This document shows positions 26,793 to 36,848 of a stretch of 64,000 nucleotides of DNA, in pieces (the first letter of the stretch is position 1; every line of letters starts with the position of its first letter). The stretch is from an uncultured virus (IMG/VR IMGVR_UViG_3300025128_000024) (taxonomy: Duplodnaviria > Heunggongvirae > Uroviricota > Caudoviricetes), in IMG/VR virus record IMGVR_UViG_3300025128_000024; one strand, given 5' to 3'. Below the pieces are notes generated by a model. That model worked only from the letters and a program-made list of their open reading frames with translations, did not search any database and had not been told where the DNA came from. The translations under genes were made by a program, and so were the position numbers.

Positions 26793-29700
26793 CTATGCGT
26801 TAGTGCGATTTTTGTTAATATTCGATTCTATCCACGTTTCGCTACAACACGCCAAGTTGTTCGTCGTGGGGTTTTGAGGCACGTCCGCTCGATCCGGCTC
26901 AGGTTGAGCCCACCATTTTCCATTAAGGGCTACTATAACTATGGCTGCGCCAGAATTTTTCGCCGGTATAACACACATCATACCTTCAACATCCGAAGCG
27001 GCTGGAAGGTGGCTACGATTTGTAAATATTGGCAACCTCAAAAATCCTTGCTTGTTAATTAATGGGTTTTCAGTATTGGCCGCTGTGGAATTGTATTGGT
27101 ATGCATCAGTTTCTACTTTCATTAACGGCTGACTTTGAGTTCCGGCTTTGCTTATATAGAATGTCGTAGTAACACTATCAAAGGCTTTAAGTTCAAGAGT
27201 ACCTTTAGGTTCAAGGCCAACGGTTGATGATAAAGTGGGAAGGTCACCAATAAGCACTCGTTTGGCGTAGGTGCCAGTCGTGTTCCAGTCACCAGCTATC
27301 ACGTTTGCTAAATTAAACTTAAAGCTATGGGTTGCATGTTCCCCTCCGTTTACTTTGTCGCTTTGAGTCGAGCCGCTCAATAAGTCGAAAGAGCCTATGG
27401 TAATATTGCTACTGCCCGTTCCTTTAGGATTGGGAGCAAATGGATAACTTGAGCCTGAATATCTACCTATGAATATATTGTCAGCGCTATTTCCGTCACG
27501 ATATGCACCTGCGCTTGAGCCTATACAAATGTTGCCCTCTTGCACGTCACTATGAGAAGCAATGTCTCCTTGCCCAGCTCCATTGCCAATAAATACGTTA
27601 TAAACGCTTTTTCCATCACCTAGATAGAATCCAGCGCGGTATCCAACCATCACATTGAGTTCTGATATGGCGCTAGTATTAGCTAATCCACCACCAGCCT
27701 CAGTTCCTATCACGACTGAGCCATAAGAATTAAATCCACATCGAGCTTGCGCCAGAGTACCAAATATCATATTGGTTCTAGTTGATGGAGCTCCAGCGTA
27801 GGATTCTTTTCTGTAGTAGTCTCTATTAAGATTTAAAGTTCTTGTCTTTGTGGGACTTGCGTGAGTATATATGTCTATACCAGAGCCGTCAAATGTCATA
27901 CAATGGCCTGACACGGCAACGCCTGAATCTGAAATTCTTTGGTCTAATACTCCTGAAAGAATAGGTACTAGTCCGCTGTATGCTGGATTACCATCTATCG
28001 CTCTACCAGAAATCTCAAAGAGTTCTTGGTCGAAGAAGCCAGAGTGTGCAACACCAGAAGCATTCTCTGCGTTAACGTAGTTGGTGGTGTACTCGTACAA
28101 ATGTCCAGATCTAGCTACACCGGAGGCATGTTCCGTATTAACATAGTTAGTGGTGTAGTCGTATAGGTGGCCAGATCTAGCCACGCCGGAACCGTGTTCT
28201 GTATCAGTGTATGCAACTGCCGCATCAAACAAGAAGCCGGAATTCGCTACGCCGGAAGCATGTTCTGCGTCAGTGTATGCAACTGCGGCATCGAATAAGA
28301 AACCAGAGTGTGCAATACCGGAGGTGGTAGCTGCGTTAGTAAAATCAATCCCGCTTTGGAAGTGAACCTGTATAAGGCCACTACCTCTTACGTAGTCAAC
28401 ACCAGAAATCTCATGAAGTTCTTCGCTGAAGAACCCAGAGTGCGCAACGCCGGAGGCGGTGGCTGCATTAGTGTAGTCAATCCCACTTTGGAAGTGAACC
28501 TGTATAATGCCACCGCTTTCATAGACAGGATGAATTACACCAGATATCTCGTGAAGCTCTTCGTCAAAGAAACCGGAATGAGCAACACCAGATGCGGTGG
28601 CTGCATTAGTGTAGTCAATCCCACTTTGGAAGTGAACCTGTATAAAACCACCGCTTGTAAAGACATTCTGATCTACTACACCAGAAATCTGGTAAAGCTC
28701 TGCGCTAAAGAAGCCAGAGTTCGCTGTTATATCGCTGCCAAGAGTCGAAGCTACTTTTATGTACTTGTTAACTCCACTGTGGATCAAGTTTACAGCAATA
28801 CCTGAAGCAGTATCTCCAACAAAGAATAAATTGTCAGAAGTTGATCCCGCATCAATATTAGTATTATCTTTATGTAGAGGGTGCGTACCGTAATCCCAGT
28901 GTTGAGCTCCCATTTGTGCTATTGTCTGCACTTGAACACTATTGAATATGTTTTGGTCTGGGTCGCCAGCGTCAGCTCCCGCGCCTATTTTATCATCCAG
29001 CTCGCCAATGGTTATGCTTTTCCATCCTGAGCCGGCAGTATTGTCCCAAACCAATATTTTGTCATTACCATTATCTAAGTGAGTATCATCAATAGTAGCT
29101 AGGCTGTTAGGACTAGGGAACCAGTCATAGTCGTTATTAATACCACTAATCTCAGTGAGTTGATACTGAAGCACCCCAGATATACGATAGCCAGAGGCTG
29201 GTATTGCTGTTGCGTTGGTTGTTATTTGGGACTGAAGCTCACCGGATACACGATGAATTAGTCCACTACCTCTTACATAATCAATTCCAGAAAGCTCATG
29301 AAGCTCTTCGCTTAAGAACCCAGAGTGCGCAACACCAGAGGAGGTAGCTGCGTTAGTGAAATCAATCCCACTTTGGAAATGAACCTGTATGAGGCCGCTA
29401 CCTCTTACATAGTCAACACCAGAAATCTCGTGTAGTTCTTCGCTAAAGAAACCGGAATGAGCTACACCGGAAGCGGTTTCGTGGTGTATGTAAGCCTGTA
29501 GGTATCCAGAAATAGCTACGCCGGAATCACTGATTCTCTGATCCAGAGTACCAGATGCCTGCAATAAGTCTGAATTACTAGCATCGCCGGTATCTGCAGC
29601 ATTGACTTTAGTAGAAAGTTCTGCTATAGTAGCAGTTTTCCAAACGCCAGCGTTGTCATCGAACACAAGCGTTTGGTCATCAGTAGCCATAGCTGCCGAA

Positions 29701-32024
29701 TCAATAGTTGACAACGTAGTTGCAGGATCTCCCTTGAACCAGTTAAAGGCGTTGTCACCACCACTCCAAGCAATCTTGACAGTATCGCCAACTCTTGTAG
29801 TAGTTATGTATGCATCACCCGAAATATTAACGGCTGATGGCCCATCGGAAGATATTGTGGAACCTCCAGCTCCAGCATCACTGTCACCCCTAAGAGAGAA
29901 CAGGTTGCTACCGCCACTCCAGCTAACCGTCACAGAGCCTGCATGACCAGATGTTGTGATACCATAACCGCCTGAGAATGTAACGCCGTCGTTGTGACCA
30001 ACATAACCACTTGGGAAAGCTCCAAATTGACTTTGGTTGTCTGCTCCAAAACGGAACTGAGGATCTCCACTAATAGTAATGATGTCTACACCGTTACCTG
30101 AGACTAATATTGCATTATTATCTCCAGAAACAAATGTTATCGTATCTGTTTTTGCGTTTGCGGAAACGTTAAAATGTGAAGTACCGTTTGAATGAAATGC
30201 TCCAGATACCGCCATTACTGAAAACGCATTTTGGTTAGCTTCTCCAACATCGCCTAAATTGTCTAGTTGATATTGTAGAGCTCCAGATATGGCATACCCA
30301 GAATCTAATACGTATCCAGATACTGAGTTTATAATGCCACCAACTCCAGATACTTCGTGCAGTTCTTCGGCAAAGAATCCTGAAATAGCATAGCCGGAAG
30401 CGGATATTTGATCGTTAAGAACACCGGACAAATGGCCCGGATCAATATGTAGTGTAGTCTTGGAGCCAGTCTTAGTTATCCAAGTAGAGACACCTGAAAC
30501 CCCGCTGACTACGATATTGTCGGCTTGATGGACTTGTTGATTGCTAACACCGTATGCAGCGTTATCATTACCAGAAACACTAAATACATTACCAATGTCT
30601 ATATTAAATCCATTTATATCAATGCCACTGCCGCCCTGATATGCGCCACTAATAGCAGTGCCGTTACCAAAGATCATGCCACTAGCTGTAACACCAATCA
30701 AATTACCATTGGATGTTTGAGCTTTCCAAGTGTTTGATGAATCTTGCCAAGTCCATTTTTTATCGCCGGTATCAGAGATGCCATCACCTGAAGAGCGAAC
30801 TACAATACCACCGTCATTGACATAAGAATCTAACTGGTCGTGAGTGGCATTGCCACTCATAGACGCTAACTCTAGCTGTTTATCCCAAACACTTACATTG
30901 GTACTATCTATATATGTAGTAGTTCCCACCACATCTAGATTACCAGAAACTTCTAAATCTCCACCAATCGTTACGTCTGAAGATATTCTTGCTCTACCAA
31001 CTAAATCAAATTCTGCTTGAGGAGTACTGTGATTTATACCAAGACGACCTAAAGTGTTATCAGAGTCTACGCTATCCCACACAAAAGCCCTATCGTAAGC
31101 TAAAACTCCTGACTTATGAAAATAGGGAATTCCACTCATAGCTTGAGGAGCAATATCAAATCCAGTTAGATATAAGTGTGATAGATCGGGTATATCAGTG
31201 TAGTGAAGAACTCTAAATGCTGGGTATCCATCATCACACCCTCCGACGCAATCGTTCAATGGGCCTAAAAATGCTTGACCAGCAGCTTGTTCTTTAAATA
31301 CTAACGACTCGTTTACCCATCCGCTAACATTAATGACTGCGTTAAGACCAGTATTTGCATCAACTTGATTTTTTAAGAATGGATCTACCTGTCTAGTGCT
31401 ATGTTGACCTTCTCCGTCGTAACCGCCTGAGAATATAATTCCAGAAGTATCAAGAAATAAACCAGAGGTTTTAACTATAGCATAATGAGCTGGGCCAGCA
31501 ATATCTATTGCATATCCGGGAGAAAATGTATGCAATCCAAGAAAATGATTGTCTTTATCCCAGTTTCCGCTGGAGTCATAATTAAGAATATTAGTGCCAG
31601 AAGCGACACCGTCGTTGTCCCAAAACGCTATACCACTTCTTTGTGGTTGTTTAAATCTTTCGTCAACGCCAAAAGCTGTGAATACAGAGAACGGGGCTGG
31701 ATAAGTAACAAATACTTCTTTTGTTCCAGCGGCCCAATCTACCTTGTTATTGCTGTTGGTACTTCTAAAGGGATATCTTCTAATTTGCTCAGAAGAATAG
31801 AAAGGAGTTGTACCAGTGGCTAGGTAATGACCTGAGCCAACCTCATAATTTGAACCATCAGTAATTGCATAAAAGACTAAACCGCTTTGAGGGTAAAAGT
31901 CTTGAAAACGACTAAAGCCCGGAGCTGCGCCTTCAAGAACCATATTATTAGTCCCTGTTGTATAGCTCAGCTCTTTTACTCTGTCTGATAACTGGATTAT
32001 ATTATCATTGAAATCAGGATGCAT
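26793..32024 (-). CDS. Ser-Gly-rich fibre protein B (1743 aa)
   Basis: N-terminal DRVKE..TTGT..YAITDG.NYEVG domain; SG-rich repeat shaft; C-terminal NVxIGxxAG beta-roll repeats like YadA heads. Confidence 0.8.
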   Translation of the reverse strand: MHPDFNDNIIQLSDRVKELSYTTGTNNMVLEGAAPGFSRFQDFYPQSGLVFYAITDGSNYEVGSGHYLATGTTPFYSSEQIRRYPFRSTNSNNKVDWAAGTKEVFVTYPAPFSVFTAFGVDERFKQPQRSGIAFWDNDGVASGTNILNYDSSGNWDKDNHFLGLHTFSPGYAIDIAGPAHYAIVKTSGLFLDTSGIIFSGGYDGEGQHSTRQVDPFLKNQVDANTGLNAVINVSGWVNESLVFKEQAAGQAFLGPLNDCVGGCDDGYPAFRVLHYTDIPDLSHLYLTGFDIAPQAMSGIPYFHKSGVLAYDRAFVWDSVDSDNTLGRLGINHSTPQAEFDLVGRARISSDVTIGGDLEVSGNLDVVGTTTYIDSTNVSVWDKQLELASMSGNATHDQLDSYVNDGGIVVRSSGDGISDTGDKKWTWQDSSNTWKAQTSNGNLIGVTASGMIFGNGTAISGAYQGGSGIDINGFNIDIGNVFSVSGNDNAAYGVSNQQVHQADNIVVSGVSGVSTWITKTGSKTTLHIDPGHLSGVLNDQISASGYAISGFFAEELHEVSGVGGIINSVSGYVLDSGYAISGALQYQLDNLGDVGEANQNAFSVMAVSGAFHSNGTSHFNVSANAKTDTITFVSGDNNAILVSGNGVDIITISGDPQFRFGADNQSQFGAFPSGYVGHNDGVTFSGGYGITTSGHAGSVTVSWSGGSNLFSLRGDSDAGAGGSTISSDGPSAVNISGDAYITTTRVGDTVKIAWSGGDNAFNWFKGDPATTLSTIDSAAMATDDQTLVFDDNAGVWKTATIAELSTKVNAADTGDASNSDLLQASGTLDQRISDSGVAISGYLQAYIHHETASGVAHSGFFSEELHEISGVDYVRGSGLIQVHFQSGIDFTNAATSSGVAHSGFLSEELHELSGIDYVRGSGLIHRVSGELQSQITTNATAIPASGYRISGVLQYQLTEISGINNDYDWFPSPNSLATIDDTHLDNGNDKILVWDNTAGSGWKSITIGELDDKIGAGADAGDPDQNIFNSVQVQTIAQMGAQHWDYGTHPLHKDNTNIDAGSTSDNLFFVGDTASGIAVNLIHSGVNKYIKVASTLGSDITANSGFFSAELYQISGVVDQNVFTSGGFIQVHFQSGIDYTNAATASGVAHSGFFDEELHEISGVIHPVYESGGIIQVHFQSGIDYTNAATASGVAHSGFFSEELHEISGVDYVRGSGLIQVHFQSGIDFTNAATTSGIAHSGFLFDAAVAYTDAEHASGVANSGFLFDAAVAYTDTEHGSGVARSGHLYDYTTNYVNTEHASGVARSGHLYEYTTNYVNAENASGVAHSGFFDQELFEISGRAIDGNPAYSGLVPILSGVLDQRISDSGVAVSGHCMTFDGSGIDIYTHASPTKTRTLNLNRDYYRKESYAGAPSTRTNMIFGTLAQARCGFNSYGSVVIGTEAGGGLANTSAISELNVMVGYRAGFYLGDGKSVYNVFIGNGAGQGDIASHSDVQEGNICIGSSAGAYRDGNSADNIFIGRYSGSSYPFAPNPKGTGSSNITIGSFDLLSGSTQSDKVNGGEHATHSFKFNLANVIAGDWNTTGTYAKRVLIGDLPTLSSTVGLEPKGTLELKAFDSVTTTFYISKAGTQSQPLMKVETDAYQYNSTAANTENPLINKQGFLRLPIFTNRSHLPAASDVEGMMCVIPAKNSGAAIVIVALNGKWWAQPEPDRADVPQNPTTNNLACCSETWIESNINKNRTNA
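28020..29540 (-). repeat. Tandem coding repeats ATASGVAHSGFFSEELHEISG...IQVHFQSGID(Y/F)TNA in fibre B
   Basis: Multiple near-identical copies in protein and DNA (e.g. aatcccactttggaagtgaacctgtataa near 28479 and 28617). Confidence 0.85.
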
Positions 32025-32059
32025 TTTTCTACCCTTGTTATGTTACTATCTAATTAGTC

Positions 32060-33037
32060 TTAGGAGCCGTCGTAGGCTGGAGTTGGAACTTCCGTGGTTG
32101 GAGAGTCAAGCACTCCAGATCCTCTTCCAAATATGACCAAATCGCACTGATCCGATTCTACATATGTATTATCCTCTGCTAAAACATTAAATGTTAATTG
32201 ACGTGGGTCTGCTGCAATATCGTCACTTCCAGACCTTTTAGCTACACCAATAAAACCTTGCGAAAAGTCAGCGCCGTCAGATGCGCTATTTGAGTTAGTC
32301 CCGTCGTGCCTGAATCGGGCTGTGCCAAACGCAGCATATAAATTATTACCAAGAACCCCTGAAGTAAATGTGACTCTAAATTTACCAACACCTAGCCTTT
32401 CTAGCTTTTGTATATTGTAGGCATCGTATACTGTTGGGGCCCAGTTCGTTGGAGCAGCGTTTCCGCTAGTGTTAAATGTGATCCAAGCTTTTGCTGTTGA
32501 TTTTGCTGATGGTATTCTTCCAGAATCCATTTCAAATACTAGCTGACCAGAGCCCTTAACATGGATATCTTCTCTGTTATCATTTATGTATAAAAAGTTT
32601 AAGCCTCTGGCTGAAGTACCCGAGGCGCTAAGGACATTATCTTTAATACTCACGTTTCCAGTAAATGCTCTAGATCCGTTCGCTAAAGTATATTGGGTGT
32701 GAGGATCTGAGCCCGGAAGACCGCCTAAAGAATCGTGGTCTATGTTGCCCACACCTTTGAATGGCTCGTACTGGATACCTCCACCGTTTACAAAGTTTAT
32801 GCCCGACTCTGGTATAAATAAACCTCCGGTGCTAGTGACACTATTGCGTTTCGCTCTTACGTCGTTGACAAACGCCCACTTGGTGTCAAAGTCACCACTG
32901 GAAACAATTAAGTTTATAGACTCAACTGCGTCAGCCAGATTATGTCTAACGTCTTCAGCAGAAATTAATCCAGCGTTATTATCCGCTAAATCAGCATTTA
33001 TGCTAGAGAGCAAATCACCTGTATTTTTAACTGTCAT
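32060..33037 (-). CDS. Fibre-associated virion protein (325 aa), paralog of the 1050-aa protein N-terminus
   Basis: N-terminus DNNAGLISAEDVRHNLAD; C-terminal AKAWITFN...ERLGVGKFRVTF domain of a type seen in fibre tips. Confidence 0.65.
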   Translation of the reverse strand: MTVKNTGDLLSSINADLADNNAGLISAEDVRHNLADAVESINLIVSSGDFDTKWAFVNDVRAKRNSVTSTGGLFIPESGINFVNGGGIQYEPFKGVGNIDHDSLGGLPGSDPHTQYTLANGSRAFTGNVSIKDNVLSASGTSARGLNFLYINDNREDIHVKGSGQLVFEMDSGRIPSAKSTAKAWITFNTSGNAAPTNWAPTVYDAYNIQKLERLGVGKFRVTFTSGVLGNNLYAAFGTARFRHDGTNSNSASDGADFSQGFIGVAKRSGSDDIAADPRQLTFNVLAEDNTYVESDQCDLVIFGRGSGVLDSPTTEVPTPAYDGS

Positions 33038-33050
33038 TTAAAAGAACTCC

Positions 33051-33572
33051 TTAAAATAAATATCCACCAGACCTATGGTCGTAGTAGCCTTGGTTTCTTG
33101 CCACGAAGTCGCTACCCGGACTGTATGGGCCTATAATTGACTGACCGCCAATGCTTCTTCCAGTTTTATAATCTAATAAGTATTTTTCATATTTAGCGCA
33201 CAGATCTTTATATAAAACACTTAGTGTTCCAGTAACGCCTCTAAGGTCTATTGAAGAGGGGCCGTCTTTAATAGATATTGCGTTACTTGCTTCTTTTCTT
33301 ATTTCACTGCCAACAATTATACATGCCGCTTTGAGGCAGGCCAAGTTCATAAAGGCGTCATCTCTAGTGGCTGTTTCAGTTGGATCTGGATCTAATGTGC
33401 ATGTTTCTACATTTATTGTATACGTATTTTCTACATCGACTTCCAAAGTTATTAGTTGACCAGCAACTAATACTGTTGTTTCTAGTCTATGATCTGAGTA
33501 CGTATAGGATGCTGAATCCACATCATTTATCAAATATCTTAATATTGTTGACATTTGGCCCTGCCAAGACAT
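33051..33572 (-). CDS. Putative head-tail adaptor (about 173 aa)
   Basis: Start moved to MSWQGQM (GGGAGA RBS); helical 'LRYLINDVD...YSDHRLE' then 'SIKDGPSSID', like adaptor proteins. Confidence 0.55.
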   Translation of the reverse strand: MSWQGQMSTILRYLINDVDSASYTYSDHRLETTVLVAGQLITLEVDVENTYTINVETCTLDPDPTETATRDDAFMNLACLKAACIIVGSEIRKEASNAISIKDGPSSIDLRGVTGTLSVLYKDLCAKYEKYLLDYKTGRSIGGQSIIGPYSPGSDFVARNQGYYDHRSGGYLF

Positions 33573-33582
33573 AGCTATCTCC

Positions 33583-33894
33583 CTATATGTTGCAATGAAC
33601 TTTGAATGTATGTATATCCGTAAAATAAGTTCCGCTAGGAAGTGTAACCTTACCTTGTAGTTTGTAGTTCCCGACCTCGTCCAAATCTCCACTCACTGTA
33701 TCGTAATACATAACGCCAGAAGTTGAACTTCCGTCACCAAGTGTTGAGCCAGTTCTATTAGAAATCTCATCGCTTGGTTTTCTAAAACTTATCTGTAAGG
33801 CGGTAGCATTTGATAGGTCTACAGTTGAACCGTCGTCATTGACAGTTACTAAAAATCTAGTGCCAATATCGTTATGATGTATTTCGCTTGGCAT
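33583..33894 (-). CDS. BppU-N-like Ig-fold structural protein (103 aa)
   Basis: Pattern 'ND.G..F.VTV.D....VDLS.AT....FRKP...G...Y....GDLD..G.Y..Q.KV'. Confidence 0.6.
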   Translation of the reverse strand: MPSEIHHNDIGTRFLVTVNDDGSTVDLSNATALQISFRKPSDEISNRTGSTLGDGSSTSGVMYYDTVSGDLDEVGNYKLQGKVTLPSGTYFTDIHTFKVHCNI

Positions 33895-33898
33895 TGCT

Positions 33899-33967
33899 TT
33901 ACCTTTTCAAAGTAATATTATGTTTCTGTTTTATATTTAATGTTATTTCTACTTGGGTTTGTGCCAT
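33899..33967 (-). CDS. 22-aa micro-ORF MAQTQVEITLNIKQKHNITLKR
   Basis: Exactly fills the gap; TAATG coupling to the upstream stop; resembles the upstream protein's C-terminus. Confidence 0.55.
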   Translation of the reverse strand: MAQTQVEITLNIKQKHNITLKR

Positions 33968-34152
33968 TATAGTGTCACCGTCTTCTTCTGATCTAAATTC
34001 AAATCTACAGCCGACTGAGTGTCAATTGTAAAGCTATAAGTTGGTGATTGTTGTACGTTTAATGTGAATGAAAACTCCTCGCACCCTACTGATCTACCAA
34101 CTATAAGCTGGAAAGAAAACGGGGTAGACGAAAAAGGGCCAGAAGAAAACAT
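33967..34152 (-). CDS. Small structural protein (61 aa)
   Basis: N-terminal MFSSGPFSSTPFS motif of a kind seen in phage virion proteins; TAATG coupling. Confidence 0.6.
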   Translation of the reverse strand: MFSSGPFSSTPFSFQLIVGRSVGCEEFSFTLNVQQSPTYSFTIDTQSAVDLNLDQKKTVTL

Positions 34153-34481
34153 TACGCAAGAGGATCTGAAATAGATACTGTGGCATTGACAGCGGCGGCA
34201 GCGGCTTTCTTAGCCTCGTCAATTTCATAAGCTCTAACGTGATCCCCCAAAAATTTCCTGACTATCTTGTGTGTAAAATCGCCCTGAGTTTCAGGGTTTG
34301 GAATAGTGGCAGGGATTGGGTTTCCATCTCCATCAACTGGATCAGCTGCATCTTCAACGGCGTCATCCGCCACCACATATTCTGGATTGGCGACAGTTTC
34401 TTGATATCCGTAGTTTGAACAGATGGCATCAAACACTCTTGATACATCATCATCTGCTATTTCTAGTTGAAAAATTGCCAT
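34152..34481 (-). CDS. Hypothetical protein (109 aa)
   Basis: AGGAGA RBS and upstream late-promoter-like motif. Confidence 0.7.
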   Translation of the reverse strand: MAIFQLEIADDDVSRVFDAICSNYGYQETVANPEYVVADDAVEDAADPVDGDGNPIPATIPNPETQGDFTHKIVRKFLGDHVRAYEIDEAKKAAAAAVNATVSISDPLA

Positions 34482-34522
34482 TTTTTCTCTCTCCTATGGG
34501 AATATACGTAGTCTCTACAATA

Positions 34523-34531
34523 AATATACAC
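34523..34531 (-). promoter_or_regulatory. Putative late promoter variant GTGTATATT
   Basis: Intergenic; one mismatch to GTGTATAAT; would restart transcription after the glycan cassette. Confidence 0.5.
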
Positions 34532-34563
34532 GTTTTTTCCCGTCTTGTGCTTTTCATATTTGT

Positions 34564-35559
34564 CTATTGTCTTATTATTTTGTGTCCGCTAGGCCTGATT
34601 CTTGATGAGTCAACTATTGGATGGCAGAGTAAATCCTCGTTGCTCTCTAATAGTTTTATAAAATCAGCGTACTTTTCATGGTTAGGATTTGCAAGGTTCT
34701 TTTTGTTGAAGTTGTCTAATCCACCTCTTATGTCAGGCCAATTTCTTAACATCGTAAGATTGACTCTTGTGGCATTGTGTTTTATAGCTCTTTCGATGAA
34801 TAAAGGTATATCGGTAAAGTTGTCCGATTCTACCACCATGTTCAATATAAACTGCTTTCCTAGCTTAGATATAAATTTCATGGCTATCTCAAGGTCTTCA
34901 AACCTGCCTCCAAGTCGGGTCTTTTCATATATATCCTTGCTGGCAGCATCTACACTCATTTTTATTCTGCTTATATTGCTATGCAGATGGCTTAATGAGT
35001 CCCAATATTTGGGGATCAGTAGACCATTTGTAAAAATCTCAATCTCCAAATCTTCATACTTGGAAATCTCAAATGTTTGTAATATTTTTCTCCAAGCTGG
35101 ACTAGCTAAAGGGTCTCCAGAGCCTATGGCTGAGATGAATCTTATGCTTTTGTGAAATGTGTCTAGAACGTTTCGTGTTTGCCTGAATATCTCATCTTGA
35201 CGTTTTTCTATTATGGGCTTTGATCTGCACGACCAGCAGTGTAAATTACAGGTCATGTCATTTGAGAAAACAATTGTAGACGGGCCTCGTGTCATTACTG
35301 GGGTCATATAGTTCTCTATCTTGGGGTCTTTTCGACCTAATATCAAAGGCAATACGCAACTGCTACACAGTGAGTCGTCTTGATTTAGCCAAGATTCTCT
35401 TAGTTTTTGAAACTTCTTATGGTTCCATACTTTCCATAAATTTTCGTACTTGCCCTCTACAATTACTTCTAAAGGATTAGTAAACCAGCTAGGGCAACAA
35501 GTTATATAACTTGCAGGGTGTACGTGAAGAGTGTTAAAGGGGTTTGAACAGAACTTCAT
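34564..35559 (-). CDS. Radical SAM protein with N-terminal SPASM/twitch-like Cys cluster (331 aa)
   Basis: CNLHCWSC (CxxxCxxC), GSGDP, FTNG, MSVDAASKDIYEKTR; N-terminal C..PF....V......CC...C..C. Confidence 0.88.
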   Translation of the reverse strand: MKFCSNPFNTLHVHPASYITCCPSWFTNPLEVIVEGKYENLWKVWNHKKFQKLRESWLNQDDSLCSSCVLPLILGRKDPKIENYMTPVMTRGPSTIVFSNDMTCNLHCWSCRSKPIIEKRQDEIFRQTRNVLDTFHKSIRFISAIGSGDPLASPAWRKILQTFEISKYEDLEIEIFTNGLLIPKYWDSLSHLHSNISRIKMSVDAASKDIYEKTRLGGRFEDLEIAMKFISKLGKQFILNMVVESDNFTDIPLFIERAIKHNATRVNLTMLRNWPDIRGGLDNFNKKNLANPNHEKYADFIKLLESNEDLLCHPIVDSSRIRPSGHKIIRQ

Positions 35560-36320
35560 CTTACAAACTCCCTGTCTTCCAGACTTCCTGATATCTCATT
35601 AGACAATACATGGTCTTTCCAAGAGCAACCAATGGGCTCTAGCCATTCTGTAAACATGGCTTTATTCTTGTGGTAATTAATTGGCAGAAGTGTTGTTTTG
35701 GTCTTCATCGCTAGTGAGGCTATAGCTAAATGAAGTCTATCGGTTGTTATGGTTTCAAATTCATCAGCAAGATTCCAATACTGCTCTGGTGTGTAACACC
35801 ACATAGCTGGATCTATCTTTAGTTCGCGCCTAACGTGGTGATGGACGGAGCCCCCATTTCTTCTGAGAAAAATCTGAGATCCAGTCTTATCGACCGAAGA
35901 CTCCGGGAAGTCAAATCCCAAAGCTAAGTCTGGAGCTATTTCCCCATACCCAATTATGTCACGACTGACGGATTCTCTAAAGAATAATTTTTCGCAGCTG
36001 AGGTATTCATATCTTATGACGCTTTGTGGAAGCAGCCAGCAGGGTATCCCTGACTCAAAGGCTTTTTTTCTTATTGCAGCAGCTGGTGGAAAACCTATAT
36101 TACCTCCACCAAACAATAAAAGCTTGTCGCAGGAAGGTATGGGGTTTTCAGCTAAAGCATTAACGGTAAAGTGATCTACGTTAAATTCTTTACATAATTC
36201 TCTAACAGATAAATATAAAAGCTGGTCTCCTATGTTTCCTATTCCATCCACTATACCTACGGTTAGCCCAGATAGGGGTTCAAAAATTGGTTCAAATTGC
36301 GAAAGCTGTACTAATCTCAT
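35556..36320 (-). CDS. Polysaccharide pyruvyltransferase family protein (254 aa)
   Basis: GNIGD, GGGN, LPQS, RE..S, PDLA, TDRLH, HK motifs. Confidence 0.85.
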   Translation of the reverse strand: MRLVQLSQFEPIFEPLSGLTVGIVDGIGNIGDQLLYLSVRELCKEFNVDHFTVNALAENPIPSCDKLLLFGGGNIGFPPAAAIRKKAFESGIPCWLLPQSVIRYEYLSCEKLFFRESVSRDIIGYGEIAPDLALGFDFPESSVDKTGSQIFLRRNGGSVHHHVRRELKIDPAMWCYTPEQYWNLADEFETITTDRLHLAIASLAMKTKTTLLPINYHKNKAMFTEWLEPIGCSWKDHVLSNEISGSLEDREFVR

Positions 36321-36329
36321 TGTGTTGCA

Positions 36330-36845
36330 CTAATTTAATTTGGGAAGATTGCATTGGGGTATGTTGCATTTTTCGCATATCTCATGCCACCTGTAGTTTA
36401 TATCCGATAGCTGATATATTTCTACTCCAAGATCCTCTTCGTTCTCTCCCTTGGTGTACCAATCTGTGGTGTGGCTCATAAAGACACTCCAATAATTTTC
36501 ATCCTCGTTTGTTAAAACTTTTCTCCATGCCTCTGGACATGTAGGATCTTCGTGTACATTTTTATCTAGGTCTCTCTGTATAAGCCTTGCAACGCTGTTG
36601 ACTCTTTCTTTCATTGGGCGATGGATAGCAAATTTATATATATCGTCCCATTCATGTATTATTTCTTTTAGCTTGACAGCTCTAGAGTGGCGTTTCATTT
36701 GCTGCCAATTCTCTATCATTCCACCAGTCCCTAATATTATGTCAATACCCTTACCAGCACACACCTCAGAGATTGCGCTCGTTACAGAGTTTCCGGCTGC
36801 ACGAGGGATGTGAATAAAAACAGCTCTTTTTGGAAGATAAATCAT
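36330..36845 (-). CDS. Sulfotransferase family 2-like protein (171 aa)
   Basis: FIHIPRAAGNSV resembles the PAPS-binding motif HIPKxAGTS; YKFAIHRP..ERVNS; C-terminal LPKLN. Confidence 0.72.
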   Translation of the reverse strand: MIYLPKRAVFIHIPRAAGNSVTSAISEVCAGKGIDIILGTGGMIENWQQMKRHSRAVKLKEIIHEWDDIYKFAIHRPMKERVNSVARLIQRDLDKNVHEDPTCPEAWRKVLTNEDENYWSVFMSHTTDWYTKGENEEDLGVEIYQLSDINYRWHEICEKCNIPQCNLPKLN

Positions 36846-36848
36846 TTT

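Noticed and set aside
34316..35155. 279-aa plus-strand ORF
   Set aside because: Antisense to the radical SAM and 109-aa genes, with no recognisable motifs; likely a shadow ORF
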